Source: a virus (taxonomy: Duplodnaviria > Caudoviricetes). Taken from it: a DNA stretch of 52,764 nt. The stretch lies in the IMG/VR virus record IMGVR_UViG_3300025133_007827, positions 1 to 52,764 of that record. One strand, given 5' to 3'. Below are positions 27,406 to 37,165 of the stretch, piece by piece. Under the pieces are notes generated by a model that saw only the letters and a program-made list of their open reading frames with translations, was not told where the DNA came from and made no database searches. Numbering within the stretch: the first letter of the stretch is position 1; each line of letters opens with the position of its first letter. The translations under genes and the position numbers were made by a program.

Positions 27406-27841
27406 TCCATGCTCCTATATAGTCAGAACAAATCCCATAAACATCTGCTGGATTCCACTTCATTAATTCATCATCGCTTAATAGTGGTATTATACATTTA
27501 TTATCAATATTATTTAAATTATGAGCCCATATATGATTATCACTTATTATAGTGTAATCTTCTTTTTGGTGATAAAAAACTCTTATCTTTGTATCGATTA
27601 GTTCACTCAAGGCTTCAAAATCTTTACAATGTACCCACAGCTTATCCTTTCTATTCAATAACCATTGTAACTCGACTTCATACTGACCAAAATCATGTCC
27701 AAATAAAAATTTATCATCTACGTATCTAACATCCACTTCAACATCATAACCTAGATCAATAGCTTCTTGAATATAAGATTTTGTATTTTCTCGTTTGAGA
27801 ATTACACCATCTATATTTCCTCTGTGAGAGATTAAAATCAT
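27398..27841 (-). CDS. GDPD/PLC-like phosphodiesterase-fold protein
   Basis: ISHRGN, EN, VEVDVR, GHD, WVHCK, GICSDY. Confidence 0.82.
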   Translation of the reverse strand: MILISHRGNIDGVILKRENTKSYIQEAIDLGYDVEVDVRYVDDKFLFGHDFGQYEVELQWLLNRKDKLWVHCKDFEALSELIDTKIRVFYHQKEDYTIISDNHIWAHNLNNIDNKCIIPLLSDDELMKWNPADVYGICSDYIGAWNG

Positions 27842-28167
27842 ATTTCTTCTATTCTCTTTGCTTTATCACATATTAATAAATCGTAAAATGGTTTATCACC
27901 AACTCTCAATTTATGATATTTTGCGCCCCAGTGATCTAACTGCTGTTCGGTCAATCCGTAATAATTTACTTTAGTCACCGAACCCCTTGCTGTCCAATAA
28001 ACAATTTTCTTGCCCTCATGATATAATTTATTAATCTTACTGATATTTTCATGATTGGGGATTGCTTTTTCATATACTCTTTCATTTTTATAAAAACAGA
28101 TTGTCTCATCTATATCTACATAAACAGTAAAAACGTCATTATTTAATTTATGTGCGACTTCTTTCAT
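27838..28167 (-). CDS. minimal HAD-family phosphatase
   Basis: DIDET (DxDxT), WTARG, KP.YD..ICDK. Confidence 0.85.
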   Translation of the reverse strand: MKEVAHKLNNDVFTVYVDIDETICFYKNERVYEKAIPNHENISKINKLYHEGKKIVYWTARGSVTKVNYYGLTEQQLDHWGAKYHKLRVGDKPFYDLLICDKAKRIEEI

Positions 28168-28975
28168 ATTCTTTCCAATAGTTATAACATTTTACTAAAT
28201 CCTCTTCTGAATCAACCTGCAGTCCAGAAATTATAGTATTCCATGCTTCATAATTTTCTACTTCATCCGGAGTACCAAATACCGTGACATGATCTGTATC
28301 GTAAATTCTCACATCAAGTCTGTCTGTGACCATAAGATTGTAAACTAAAGTGACATAATATTCCCCATTAGTGTGTTTAACTTCATTATCAATAGCAGCT
28401 CGAAAATACTTTTTTATATAAGAACCCTTACTAAAATAATATGTTCCTGTTGATGCATGTTCATTCATATGATCATCTGTATAGGGTTCTTTTTCCTTTA
28501 TCTCTACCAACGAATCACCTTCTGTTTTACAATACGCCATGTAAGTAGAACTTAATCTATGTGGATGAAATCCAGAATGAGTTAAAATACAACCCTCAAC
28601 TTTATTTTCTGTTACATATTTTTTAAAATCTTCATAATCCCATAAATAAGGATTATCACAATAACAAACAATAACTTCTTCATCATCGTGTATATTATCT
28701 AAATGCGGCATAACAGTAAAAACTGGACCTTTGGTATGTTGTGGCACTGATAATATCGTGCAACCTCTTTTTATTCCTTGTAAATATGACTCTGTCTCAT
28801 TAGTTTGCAAATGTCTTTCATTACAAATAAAAATCATCTCATCATCTTCATCAAACATATTAACAATTCTATCAATTATTTTTTGACCTGCTACTTCAAT
28901 AAATGGTTTAGGTTTTTTATAACCAGCGTCCACAAATCGTTGACCTAAACCCGCCATTGGTATTATCACCTTCAT
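28148..28975 (-). CDS. sugar-phosphate nucleotidyltransferase
   Basis: IPMAGLGQRF..AGY..PKP, YCD, EK.P, NGEYY, FGTP.E. Confidence 0.9.
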   Translation of the reverse strand: MKVIIPMAGLGQRFVDAGYKKPKPFIEVAGQKIIDRIVNMFDEDDEMIFICNERHLQTNETESYLQGIKRGCTILSVPQHTKGPVFTVMPHLDNIHDDEEVIVCYCDNPYLWDYEDFKKYVTENKVEGCILTHSGFHPHRLSSTYMAYCKTEGDSLVEIKEKEPYTDDHMNEHASTGTYYFSKGSYIKKYFRAAIDNEVKHTNGEYYVTLVYNLMVTDRLDVRIYDTDHVTVFGTPDEVENYEAWNTIISGLQVDSEEDLVKCYNYWKEYERSRT

Positions 28976-30345
28976 GATAATTTTCTCCTGTATTTTTCAT
29001 CTTCCATGTTCTTAATTTTATTGACCTCTTCAGTGGTTAAATATTTAGGCATCAACCCTGCTTCTTTTTGTATGTGCAGAATATAATCATTTATAGGTTT
29101 ATTCTCTTCCATCAAAGCTACAGCATCCGGAAAAATAAAATGCTCTGAATCTGAGTCATTGAATTTTGTAGAATATGTAGTGAATGTTTTTGAATTTTGT
29201 ACAAGCCAATCTTTACACATTTTATTAATTTTTAAACTCATATCCAAAGTTTCTTTAAAAGAGTCACCACAACAAATCAAACCATGATTCTCTAATAAAA
29301 TTACTTTATTGTCCGACTTGATAAAAGTAGATGCCAATTCTTTTCCGGGTGATGTGTACTCTATCCAATCAAATTCATCTAAAATGTCATCTAATATTAT
29401 TGCTGAATTTTCTGAACATAGGATGGTATTAAGATATATGGGATGCGTGTGTAACACGACAGGATCCGCACATTTTATATGTAACCCAATCTCCATAGAT
29501 GGTTTCTTTTGATTTTCATTTATAAGAGAGCCACTCAAATCACAAACAGAATACCCATTCAACATAGATACGTCAGACATACTATACCCAGATGATGTAA
29601 TTATTATCTTGTCATCAAACTTATAAGACAAATTGCCGCCGGCGGACTGAACCAGCTCATATTCAAAAGATAAACTTCTGCAAGTCATCAAAAAATCTTT
29701 ATGTAAATCATAAAACCGTTTAACCTTTCTAAGTATAATCGCGTTACTACCTACGTTGTTTACAATTTCATAATTTAAATTGACCGTTTCATACTTTTTT
29801 TTACTAAAAGTGACAACAGCGTCAGCTTTTTCTATTTGCGGTTGAATATATTTTTTATCATCAACTTCTCTTCTCTTTATGACTGATAAAACCTTTTCTT
29901 CTGTGTAGCCTCTACTCTCTACATCCCTACTTACCTTCCACTCCCTCGTCAATACTTCATCGGTATTAATGAAGATATTCAAATCAGCAATGAGGCACAC
30001 TTCATCATCGTACAGACTATGAAGTCCTTCGTGGATGATTATATCAGCAGAATCTACATTTACATTAGAAATAAATTTACCAGAATCGTGACTATAAATG
30101 TCTCTTGCGATCGACTTACCGTCAACTAAATCATATAATTGTTTTTTACCAATATCAAGATTATTTGCTTTAGGATTAAAGTGTGTAAAGTAATCCCATT
30201 TAAGGTTGTCTCTTTCCCACTTGTGTAAATCATCTCCGTGTAAGTGTAAAACCTGTTCTTTTGCGGACGATAAAATCAAAACGATCATGGTCGCAATAGT
30301 AGTTTTACCTACACCGGAACTACCGGAAATGTTTATTAATTTCAA
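28972..30345 (-). CDS. uridine kinase/phosphoribulokinase-like P-loop kinase fused to a class II aldolase/epimerase
   Basis: N-terminal GSSGVGKTT, GDDLH, EGLH, RDVESRGY; C-terminal GGNLS, PSME..LH, HTHP, LENHG; TTG start with SD. Confidence 0.85.
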   Translation of the reverse strand: MKLINISGSSGVGKTTIATMIVLILSSAKEQVLHLHGDDLHKWERDNLKWDYFTHFNPKANNLDIGKKQLYDLVDGKSIARDIYSHDSGKFISNVNVDSADIIIHEGLHSLYDDEVCLIADLNIFINTDEVLTREWKVSRDVESRGYTEEKVLSVIKRREVDDKKYIQPQIEKADAVVTFSKKKYETVNLNYEIVNNVGSNAIILRKVKRFYDLHKDFLMTCRSLSFEYELVQSAGGNLSYKFDDKIIITSSGYSMSDVSMLNGYSVCDLSGSLINENQKKPSMEIGLHIKCADPVVLHTHPIYLNTILCSENSAIILDDILDEFDWIEYTSPGKELASTFIKSDNKVILLENHGLICCGDSFKETLDMSLKINKMCKDWLVQNSKTFTTYSTKFNDSDSEHFIFPDAVALMEENKPINDYILHIQKEAGLMPKYLTTEEVNKIKNMEDEKYRRKLS

Positions 30346-31168
30346 TTGGGCTCCACTCCTTTGATGGTCCGTGATAATAATCTGAACCATAATATCTCGG
30401 ATCAAATTTTCTAGTATCAGCTAAACTAAAATTATCAATTATGGATTGATATGTATCTTGTAATGTGTAATGCATGTTTTGATATGGACCGCAATCATCT
30501 GGATTATCTGTTCGAGATAATAATTTTCCTCCATGGGTCAAGTGAATAAATTGGAAAAACGGCATGCTGCCAAAGTGGCCACAGTTGATATATGATTCCC
30601 AATACAATTTAAATATTCGGTATTGTTGACAGAATGATTGCATCGATGCTGATTCAATGGTCCTGTAAGTCTCATTTTGAAATCTTGACATTATTTCCAT
30701 GAGCGTGGACACTTTCCAGATAGAAGGTTGAACATTGTAAATATAATGATTGACATTCTCCTGTTTATTCAGATAGACTTTTGAATCATTATATTCAACT
30801 AAAAGTGTCTCAGTGTCCGGATTATGAATAATATTCTTGTACTGTAGATCTATCCTATCTATGTTATGTTCTATCATCCTACCCAACAAGTGCTCTACAG
30901 TTGCATCATCTCGCTTTACTACGATATCAATATCATGTATGAATAAAACATAATCCAGATCCAATTCAGTCAATTTTAATAATCTGCTAGCATACGGTAG
31001 GGTGTCATCATAAAACAACACTTGTTTATATTTTGAACACAAATCAGTCAACTCTGCTCCAGACTTGTCGATCAGTAACACTTTATTTTCATAAGATGAT
31101 AAATAATGCGTCTGAGCGGACAGAATGTCTGAATATTCTGAGTGTGAGTATACTACGTATGTTAACAT
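30320..31168 (-). CDS. putative GT-A glycosyltransferase
   Basis: FIHDID (DxD) and QPSIWK; island context. Confidence 0.5.
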   Translation of the reverse strand: MLTYVVYSHSEYSDILSAQTHYLSSYENKVLLIDKSGAELTDLCSKYKQVLFYDDTLPYASRLLKLTELDLDYVLFIHDIDIVVKRDDATVEHLLGRMIEHNIDRIDLQYKNIIHNPDTETLLVEYNDSKVYLNKQENVNHYIYNVQPSIWKVSTLMEIMSRFQNETYRTIESASMQSFCQQYRIFKLYWESYINCGHFGSMPFFQFIHLTHGGKLLSRTDNPDDCGPYQNMHYTLQDTYQSIIDNFSLADTRKFDPRYYGSDYYHGPSKEWSPIEINKHFR

Positions 31169-31172
31169 GTCG

Positions 31173-31814
31173 TCAATTCTTCCTAAATCTAAATACAGTC
31201 ATAATATAACATGTGGGATCAATTATCTCTTTATGCACCATATCAAAGGTTAAATTATATTTTTCTACCATCTCTTTGTGAGCACGTGCTTCCGCAACGG
31301 AATATTCATATTCTTCAGATAATCCACTTGAACGATATGCTCCCCAATCATCATAAACTAATATAGAGCCATCGCACAATAGATCATTTTCCACAATAAA
31401 ATCCAATACTTCAACCGTTGATGTATATATGTCACAGTCAATATGTGCGATACCAATTTTTTTATTTCCAAATCTCGTTAGTAGTGATTCATTCAACGTA
31501 TCAGAAAACCAACCATTGACAATATTAATTTCCGGGACCGCCAATAAATTTGAATGAATTTCACCACGCATTGAAAACTGACCAGTTTTCCACGGAGAAT
31601 GTTGATCGAGTTTTTCTTCCGGAAGCCCTAGAAAAGCATCAAACCCAAAAAAATCACTTTCAATTTTATTCGACTTGTATTGATTGTAAAAATCTATTAT
31701 CGATGGGCCATCCATGACACCAAATTCCAAAAAAAGTTTATCTTGCAAAAAATCAGCATATTTTGAAACCAACATACTTCTAAAGTTTAATTTTTTTACT
31801 CCATAGGGATCCAT
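31173..31814 (-). CDS. TylF/MycF-family sugar O-methyltransferase
   Basis: LEFGV..G, GFDAF.GLPE, GWFSDTL, HIDCDIY.ST, YDDW. Confidence 0.88.
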   Translation of the reverse strand: MDPYGVKKLNFRSMLVSKYADFLQDKLFLEFGVMDGPSIIDFYNQYKSNKIESDFFGFDAFLGLPEEKLDQHSPWKTGQFSMRGEIHSNLLAVPEINIVNGWFSDTLNESLLTRFGNKKIGIAHIDCDIYTSTVEVLDFIVENDLLCDGSILVYDDWGAYRSSGLSEEYEYSVAEARAHKEMVEKYNLTFDMVHKEIIDPTCYIMTVFRFRKN

Positions 31815-31826
31815 ATTATTTTTCCT

Positions 31827-32567
31827 TTATTTTAAATTTCCTAATTCTTTCAATTGAGAATAAATATCCTCCACGATGGGATCATCAAAAATTTCATCAC
31901 TAGAATTTTCTATTCTACTTTCATCGTAGCTGTATACGTTTTTCGACACACCAAGCTCTTCAAACAATCTGTCTGTCTGTGCATCTACATCCCCGTTGAA
32001 ATCCAACATCCATTTTGTTTTAGCGTAGTGTCCAAATGTGTAAATCAGTGATTGATTAAATCTCTTCCAGTATTCTAACATATTGACAAAACCCTCTTCC
32101 TTAGATTCTCCTGGATAGTATACATCTAACAGTTTCATATACGAATTCACTACTTCGACTGGATTTCGAAATACTCCCACAACGACATCACAGTGTTCAA
32201 CCCACATATCATGTAACAGTGTAGATCTCGGATCTTTAAAGAGCCAACTAGTTGTTGACTCATTCCACCAATTGGATCCACCTGAAAATTGGTGGTTCAT
32301 GTCATCGATAAATCTGATAGCGTGCTCTTTATACTCAGGGGTTACCTTAATTTCATCATTCGGTAAGATCCCGTATGGAAGTTTACTCCTCGTTTTAGCC
32401 TGATAGTGCTGTTCCAAATACGAATCATTCAATTGTCTCACCGCTAGATTCTCAAGTGTACCACCGGTGCATTCACCGGTATAGATTCCATTATCATGTA
32501 ACAGATTAGAAAGAAAGGATGTTCCACTCCTACCTGAACCCAAAATAATTATACTGCGTGTGCTCAT
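31827..32567 (-). CDS. sulfotransferase-family protein
   Basis: GSGRSGTS (5'-PSB loop), KDPR, RNP.EV..S (3'-PB). Confidence 0.82.
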   Translation of the reverse strand: MSTRSIIILGSGRSGTSFLSNLLHDNGIYTGECTGGTLENLAVRQLNDSYLEQHYQAKTRSKLPYGILPNDEIKVTPEYKEHAIRFIDDMNHQFSGGSNWWNESTTSWLFKDPRSTLLHDMWVEHCDVVVGVFRNPVEVVNSYMKLLDVYYPGESKEEGFVNMLEYWKRFNQSLIYTFGHYAKTKWMLDFNGDVDAQTDRLFEELGVSKNVYSYDESRIENSSDEIFDDPIVEDIYSQLKELGNLK

Positions 32568-33253
32568 ACTAATTCTCCGGTTGTATATTGAGAGTGATAA
32601 CTCCTAGTAAATCTACCTATGAAGGGTTCCCATATGGAACCGAAATCGATCATCCAACACTCATCGCCTATCTGATCATACATCTCATCAACAATCACAT
32701 TGGTTGCCATCGATGCCGAAAAAGCAAATACCGGATTGTCAAATTGTTCCATCACAGACATCATCGCCTGTTTAATTTGATCTTTGGCAAGAAAACAATC
32801 CGTGGATGGAATTTCAATAAATCCAGCACGCCGGATTGGTAGTTTTTGTTTATCGGACTCTGTGACAAAGACTAGATCCATCTTCTCAAGCTGTGAAATC
32901 AATAATTGTATCTCTCCGGACATGGCCGCGCTTTCCCAAACCCGAGCATCATACCACTCCTTAGAAAGATTATATCTGTCCAAGTAGTCTTCTACTTGAG
33001 GTTTAATTCGAGCCAACATAGGAGCCGAATATGGCCATGTAGCTTTCTGGTACCCCTTGTCTTCCTTGAGTGCAGTTCGCAATCCTTCAGCCATCTCTGG
33101 AAAGTATTCATGACCGTCGCAATTATGACCAGATGCACCAAAAACACAGCCCCACTCACCATCTCCCCATCTGGTGAAACTGAACTTTTCTCCCATATTC
33201 ATCATATCAACATACTGCTTCAATGATAGTGATGTTAATTCAAGTTCACCCAT
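32564..33253 (-). CDS. GT-D-fold (DUF1792-like) glycosyltransferase
   Basis: SFTRWGDGE and IDFGS motifs. Confidence 0.78.
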   Translation of the reverse strand: MGELELTSLSLKQYVDMMNMGEKFSFTRWGDGEWGCVFGASGHNCDGHEYFPEMAEGLRTALKEDKGYQKATWPYSAPMLARIKPQVEDYLDRYNLSKEWYDARVWESAAMSGEIQLLISQLEKMDLVFVTESDKQKLPIRRAGFIEIPSTDCFLAKDQIKQAMMSVMEQFDNPVFAFSASMATNVIVDEMYDQIGDECWMIDFGSIWEPFIGRFTRSYHSQYTTGELV

Positions 33254-34040
33254 TTAAAACCGCCTGTGTCTCTTCATAGTATTTTTGCCATAAATCATAA
33301 TATGGCTTATCTGGAGCTATTGGGACATTTCCAATCTTCAGATCCGGATAGGGATAGGCAGGTACATCTTGAAACAATTCTACTTTTTCTGCCCACTCTT
33401 GAACCACCCATGGTTTGATATGATCGTAGTGTGCCCAATGAAGTATCCTGGTATCCAAAGTGGTCTCTCTGAGTGGATAATCATTATAAATTCTCGGTAT
33501 GGGTTCTTCTCTACCTCGAAAATAATTATTCATTACACCTTGATCCATTCCATCTCCATTATGATCCACAATCATTTTGATTAAATCCTGATACACTCCT
33601 TCCGTTCTGTATTTCTCTCCTAGGACGACCAGTCCAGTATTTCCACCAACTTGTCCATATTGGACATCATAGTCAAACAATTCACTGATGTCTCCAATAC
33701 AGAGCATATCGATATCAAATAGGATCACTTTATCGTATCCAGTCTCTGCAAAACTCTCTAGAGTCAAATAAGCCGACTTACACTCTGCAGCCCGATTACC
33801 CGCACCTGGTATTCTCGCCGGCATGTACTTTGCCGGATCTACTTCTTGGAATTTAACATTTGGAGCTATCGCTTGTATCTTGCTACGATTCTTCTCACTC
33901 AAGTCCGCTATTCCTGGGCTGTGGAAAAACTTGACAGTACAATCATCGAACCCCCTGATGTTCTTTCTCATAGAGTAGAGCATTACTTGTGCTCCTACTG
34001 CATATTTGTCATTGCAGACTGTTGTGAATAAAATTTTCAT
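33246..34040 (-). CDS. glycosyltransferase family 8
   Basis: FDIDML..GDISELF, NTG, DQGVMN.YF, YN, H...KPW. Confidence 0.88.
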   Translation of the reverse strand: MKILFTTVCNDKYAVGAQVMLYSMRKNIRGFDDCTVKFFHSPGIADLSEKNRSKIQAIAPNVKFQEVDPAKYMPARIPGAGNRAAECKSAYLTLESFAETGYDKVILFDIDMLCIGDISELFDYDVQYGQVGGNTGLVVLGEKYRTEGVYQDLIKMIVDHNGDGMDQGVMNNYFRGREEPIPRIYNDYPLRETTLDTRILHWAHYDHIKPWVVQEWAEKVELFQDVPAYPYPDLKIGNVPIAPDKPYYDLWQKYYEETQAVLNG

Positions 34041-35170
34041 TTGAAGCTCCTAATTTTTTCTGCGATGTATTCGACTTCTTCGACTTTGAGTGCTTGATGT
34101 AAGGGAATGCATAGTGTGATATTTGCTGCCTTCTCGGCATTTGGTAATTGTTCATGGTACTGGTCATAATATTTTACCAGATGGAGTGGATAGTATCTGA
34201 AAGTAGTGTATATGTTATTCTCTTTCAAGTGTACTGCTAATTTGTCCCTGGTGCGTTCGTCCTGCAGTTGAATCCAATACATGTAGTATGATGATTCCCT
34301 ATCACCTAATCCGGATTCATATATTGGAGTGGGAGTCTTAATCCAATTCCGATCTCCTAAAAACGCATTATAATGATCATGGATTTGTTTTCGTCTATCT
34401 ATAAATTCTTCAAGTCTTGACAGCTGAACCAGCCCTATAGCGGATGTGATGTCATTGACCACCGATCTTCTTCCTGGATAGCTGATATCATATTCCCACC
34501 ACTTCTGATCTACTGAAGATGAATATCCACTCTGTGAGAGAAGACCTAAGTAGCTCCGGGTTTTAATTTCTGCCAGCATGTCTGGATCTTTAGCATGAAT
34601 AATGCTTCCGTCACCCGTAACTAATATTTTCATACTGTCAAAGGACCAGACTCCAAAATCTCCCAATGTACCGGTCGGTCGACCTTTATAGGTGGTAGCG
34701 ACACTGCAAGCATTGTCTTCGATGACCCAGATTTCTTTTTCTTCACAGAGTTCGATAATCGGATCCATATTACACGACCACCCAGCATAATGGATTAATA
34801 GAACAGCTCTAGTTTTATCTGTAATCTTCTCTTCGATGCATGCAGCGGTCGTGTTAAGTGAGAGAGGATCAACGTCGCAGAATACAGGCGTTCCTCCATT
34901 ACCAATCACGGCGTTAGCTGCCCCCACAAAGCCTATCGTCGGAATGATTACTTCATCACCAGGTTCCAGTATCCAATCCAATACTTGAAACATTCCCTCT
35001 GTGCAGCTGTTTGTCATCGTGACATTCTCTCTGTCCGTGCTGATAAATCTTGAGAATCGTTCTTCAAACTCAGCTGTTTTTGGTCCGGGACCAATCCAGT
35101 TTGATTCAAAGACTTCTTTGATTGCTTGGAGCTCTTGTTCTCCTAGACTTGGTTGAAATATATTAATCAC
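34037..35170 (-). CDS. DegT/DnrJ/EryC1/StrS sugar aminotransferase
   Basis: GPGPKT..FE, NSCT, EDNACS, WSFDSMKILVTGDG. Confidence 0.93.
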   Translation of the reverse strand: MINIFQPSLGEQELQAIKEVFESNWIGPGPKTAEFEERFSRFISTDRENVTMTNSCTEGMFQVLDWILEPGDEVIIPTIGFVGAANAVIGNGGTPVFCDVDPLSLNTTAACIEEKITDKTRAVLLIHYAGWSCNMDPIIELCEEKEIWVIEDNACSVATTYKGRPTGTLGDFGVWSFDSMKILVTGDGSIIHAKDPDMLAEIKTRSYLGLLSQSGYSSSVDQKWWEYDISYPGRRSVVNDITSAIGLVQLSRLEEFIDRRKQIHDHYNAFLGDRNWIKTPTPIYESGLGDRESSYYMYWIQLQDERTRDKLAVHLKENNIYTTFRYYPLHLVKYYDQYHEQLPNAEKAANITLCIPLHQALKVEEVEYIAEKIRSFK

Positions 35171-36189
35171 GATAAATCCCCAACCAGTGCATTAATGTTT
35201 AAATCTTCATACGAATATGGTATCATTTGTCCTCCGAACTGAAATACGTTTTTGTTCCAAAAATCTATTGGTGCTGAGTGCAAGTCGTATATTTCTGAAT
35301 GGGCTACGATCCGGACATTTCTACCCAAGAATGGTGGCACGTAAAGATGACTCCGAAAATCTCCCTCAACGAAAAATACACAATCGTTAGCATATTTGAT
35401 CAGACAGCCCTGTTCGTCAAATCCATCACATTTATACTGGTGCACATTATCCAAAGGTTCGGTGGATTTGCTATCACCCTCTCTACCGGTGTCAAAGTTC
35501 AAATATACAACTCTACGGTGCTTTGATAGTTCGGATATAACTTTTTCATGATCGATGGTCTCTTTTGATTTAGTGGTCATGAATGAATCTCTCTTAGCTG
35601 ACTGACATAAAATATAGTCCCCATCTAGGTTGAATCCAAGTTCTTTTTCAATATTTTCTTTATGACCTTCCAATTGCTGAATCTCGATAGGTGCATATCT
35701 ATTATTGTTGAGATCCAAATAAGACCATGGTGTTCTTTTCTGACTGTATATTCCACCCTGTTGAGGTCCTATTTTGCCAAATGCACAATCCTTGAGATAT
35801 TGTGGATCTGAACTCCATATCCACTTCGGGTTATCCAACATCGTTCTAGACATCACCATGTTCTGTACATCTATCTTAATATCATCAACACACTTTCGAT
35901 TCAATTCCGAACATCCTTCTTGATCGTATCCAAATTCTAATTCTAGAACAGCAATGTAAATTCCAGCTGTGCTTTTACGATAGGACTCAATGTTCGATAT
36001 TTCATAATACTCATCGGCATACTCGTATACAGATTGCAAACCCCTTCGTCCACAAATAATAACTCGGTCGCTCGGTCGCTTGTATAGTTGGACCCATTTC
36101 CGAATAACTCCCTGCCAGTTAAACATCTCATAACCAAATTCGCCCAAAAAGGTAAAGATGTAGTCATTATTTTTTTTTCCAATACTCAT
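35167..36189 (-). CDS. putative glycosyltransferase (unclassified)
   Basis: FLGEFGYE N-terminal motif, LY..ADEY, EQ..LIKYA; island context. Confidence 0.5.
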   Translation of the reverse strand: MSIGKKNNDYIFTFLGEFGYEMFNWQGVIRKWVQLYKRPSDRVIICGRRGLQSVYEYADEYYEISNIESYRKSTAGIYIAVLELEFGYDQEGCSELNRKCVDDIKIDVQNMVMSRTMLDNPKWIWSSDPQYLKDCAFGKIGPQQGGIYSQKRTPWSYLDLNNNRYAPIEIQQLEGHKENIEKELGFNLDGDYILCQSAKRDSFMTTKSKETIDHEKVISELSKHRRVVYLNFDTGREGDSKSTEPLDNVHQYKCDGFDEQGCLIKYANDCVFFVEGDFRSHLYVPPFLGRNVRIVAHSEIYDLHSAPIDFWNKNVFQFGGQMIPYSYEDLNINALVGDLS

Positions 36190-37165
36190 AGATGCCTTTT
36201 TCTATTTCATACGTTTCCCAAAACCTTTGATTCTTTTGTGGTTGTTTCTGTGCCCAATCCCACATCTCTTTCAGTCCGTCACGTAGTGAGTATGAATCTT
36301 CATAGCCCAATAACTCAACGGATTTTTCCCATGTGGGATGAGCATCTTTTACTTCATGTCTTTTCTCTTTGTAGATCTTTTCACCAGTACCAATAACTTC
36401 TCTGAGTATCTTATTAGTTTCATTGATTGAATAGTGTGTCATCCCACCCAGATTGATAATCTGTTTAGAGCAGTTTTCTTGTATACCGGCTCTGTAGAGT
36501 GGTTCTAGCGTGTCATCGATATAACTGAAGGCTCGCTGTTGCTCACCATCACCAAAAACCGTCATAGGTTGATTCTTCATGTGCTGATACATCCATATAC
36601 CCAAAACATTACGATATTTGTCCCAAATATTTTGTTTAATGCCATAAACATTATGTGGTCTAATTATACACCAATCCAATCCATGCTGGTCTCCAGCTAT
36701 CTTTAGATCCATTTCGCATGCATATTTGGCTACACCGTATGGATCAATCGGATCAGGTGGATCAGTTTCTGAGAATGGTGGAGTTCCGTGTCCATAAACT
36801 GCCATGGTTGATGTGAAGATTAACCGGTTAACATCATGATTAATACAGTTGTTAATAATATGCGCCGTAGACAGGAGATTGTTCTTATAATTGAAGGTTC
36901 TCATGAACGGGCTCAAACCTTCAGCAGCGTATGCTGCCATGTGGTATACTAGATCGGGTTTATTCAAAGTAAAAACTTGCTGCAGTCGCTTACCATCGAT
37001 CAGATCAAATTCATAAAAGGCATGGATATCATCATTAACATTTTCGATATACCCACCACTCAGGTCATCTATTCCAATCACTTTGTGTTCAGGATGATTT
37101 TTTATAATCCAATCCGCTAGGTTGCTACCTATCAATCCCGCAACACCAGTTATCAAAATATTCAT
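36167..37165 (-). CDS. NAD-dependent nucleotide-sugar epimerase/dehydratase
   Basis: TGVAGLIGS, IDDLSGG, TSTMAVYG, YGVAK, RPHNVYG. Confidence 0.93.
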   Translation of the reverse strand: MNILITGVAGLIGSNLADWIIKNHPEHKVIGIDDLSGGYIENVNDDIHAFYEFDLIDGKRLQQVFTLNKPDLVYHMAAYAAEGLSPFMRTFNYKNNLLSTAHIINNCINHDVNRLIFTSTMAVYGHGTPPFSETDPPDPIDPYGVAKYACEMDLKIAGDQHGLDWCIIRPHNVYGIKQNIWDKYRNVLGIWMYQHMKNQPMTVFGDGEQQRAFSYIDDTLEPLYRAGIQENCSKQIINLGGMTHYSINETNKILREVIGTGEKIYKEKRHEVKDAHPTWEKSVELLGYEDSYSLRDGLKEMWDWAQKQPQKNQRFWETYEIEKGIYEYWKKK

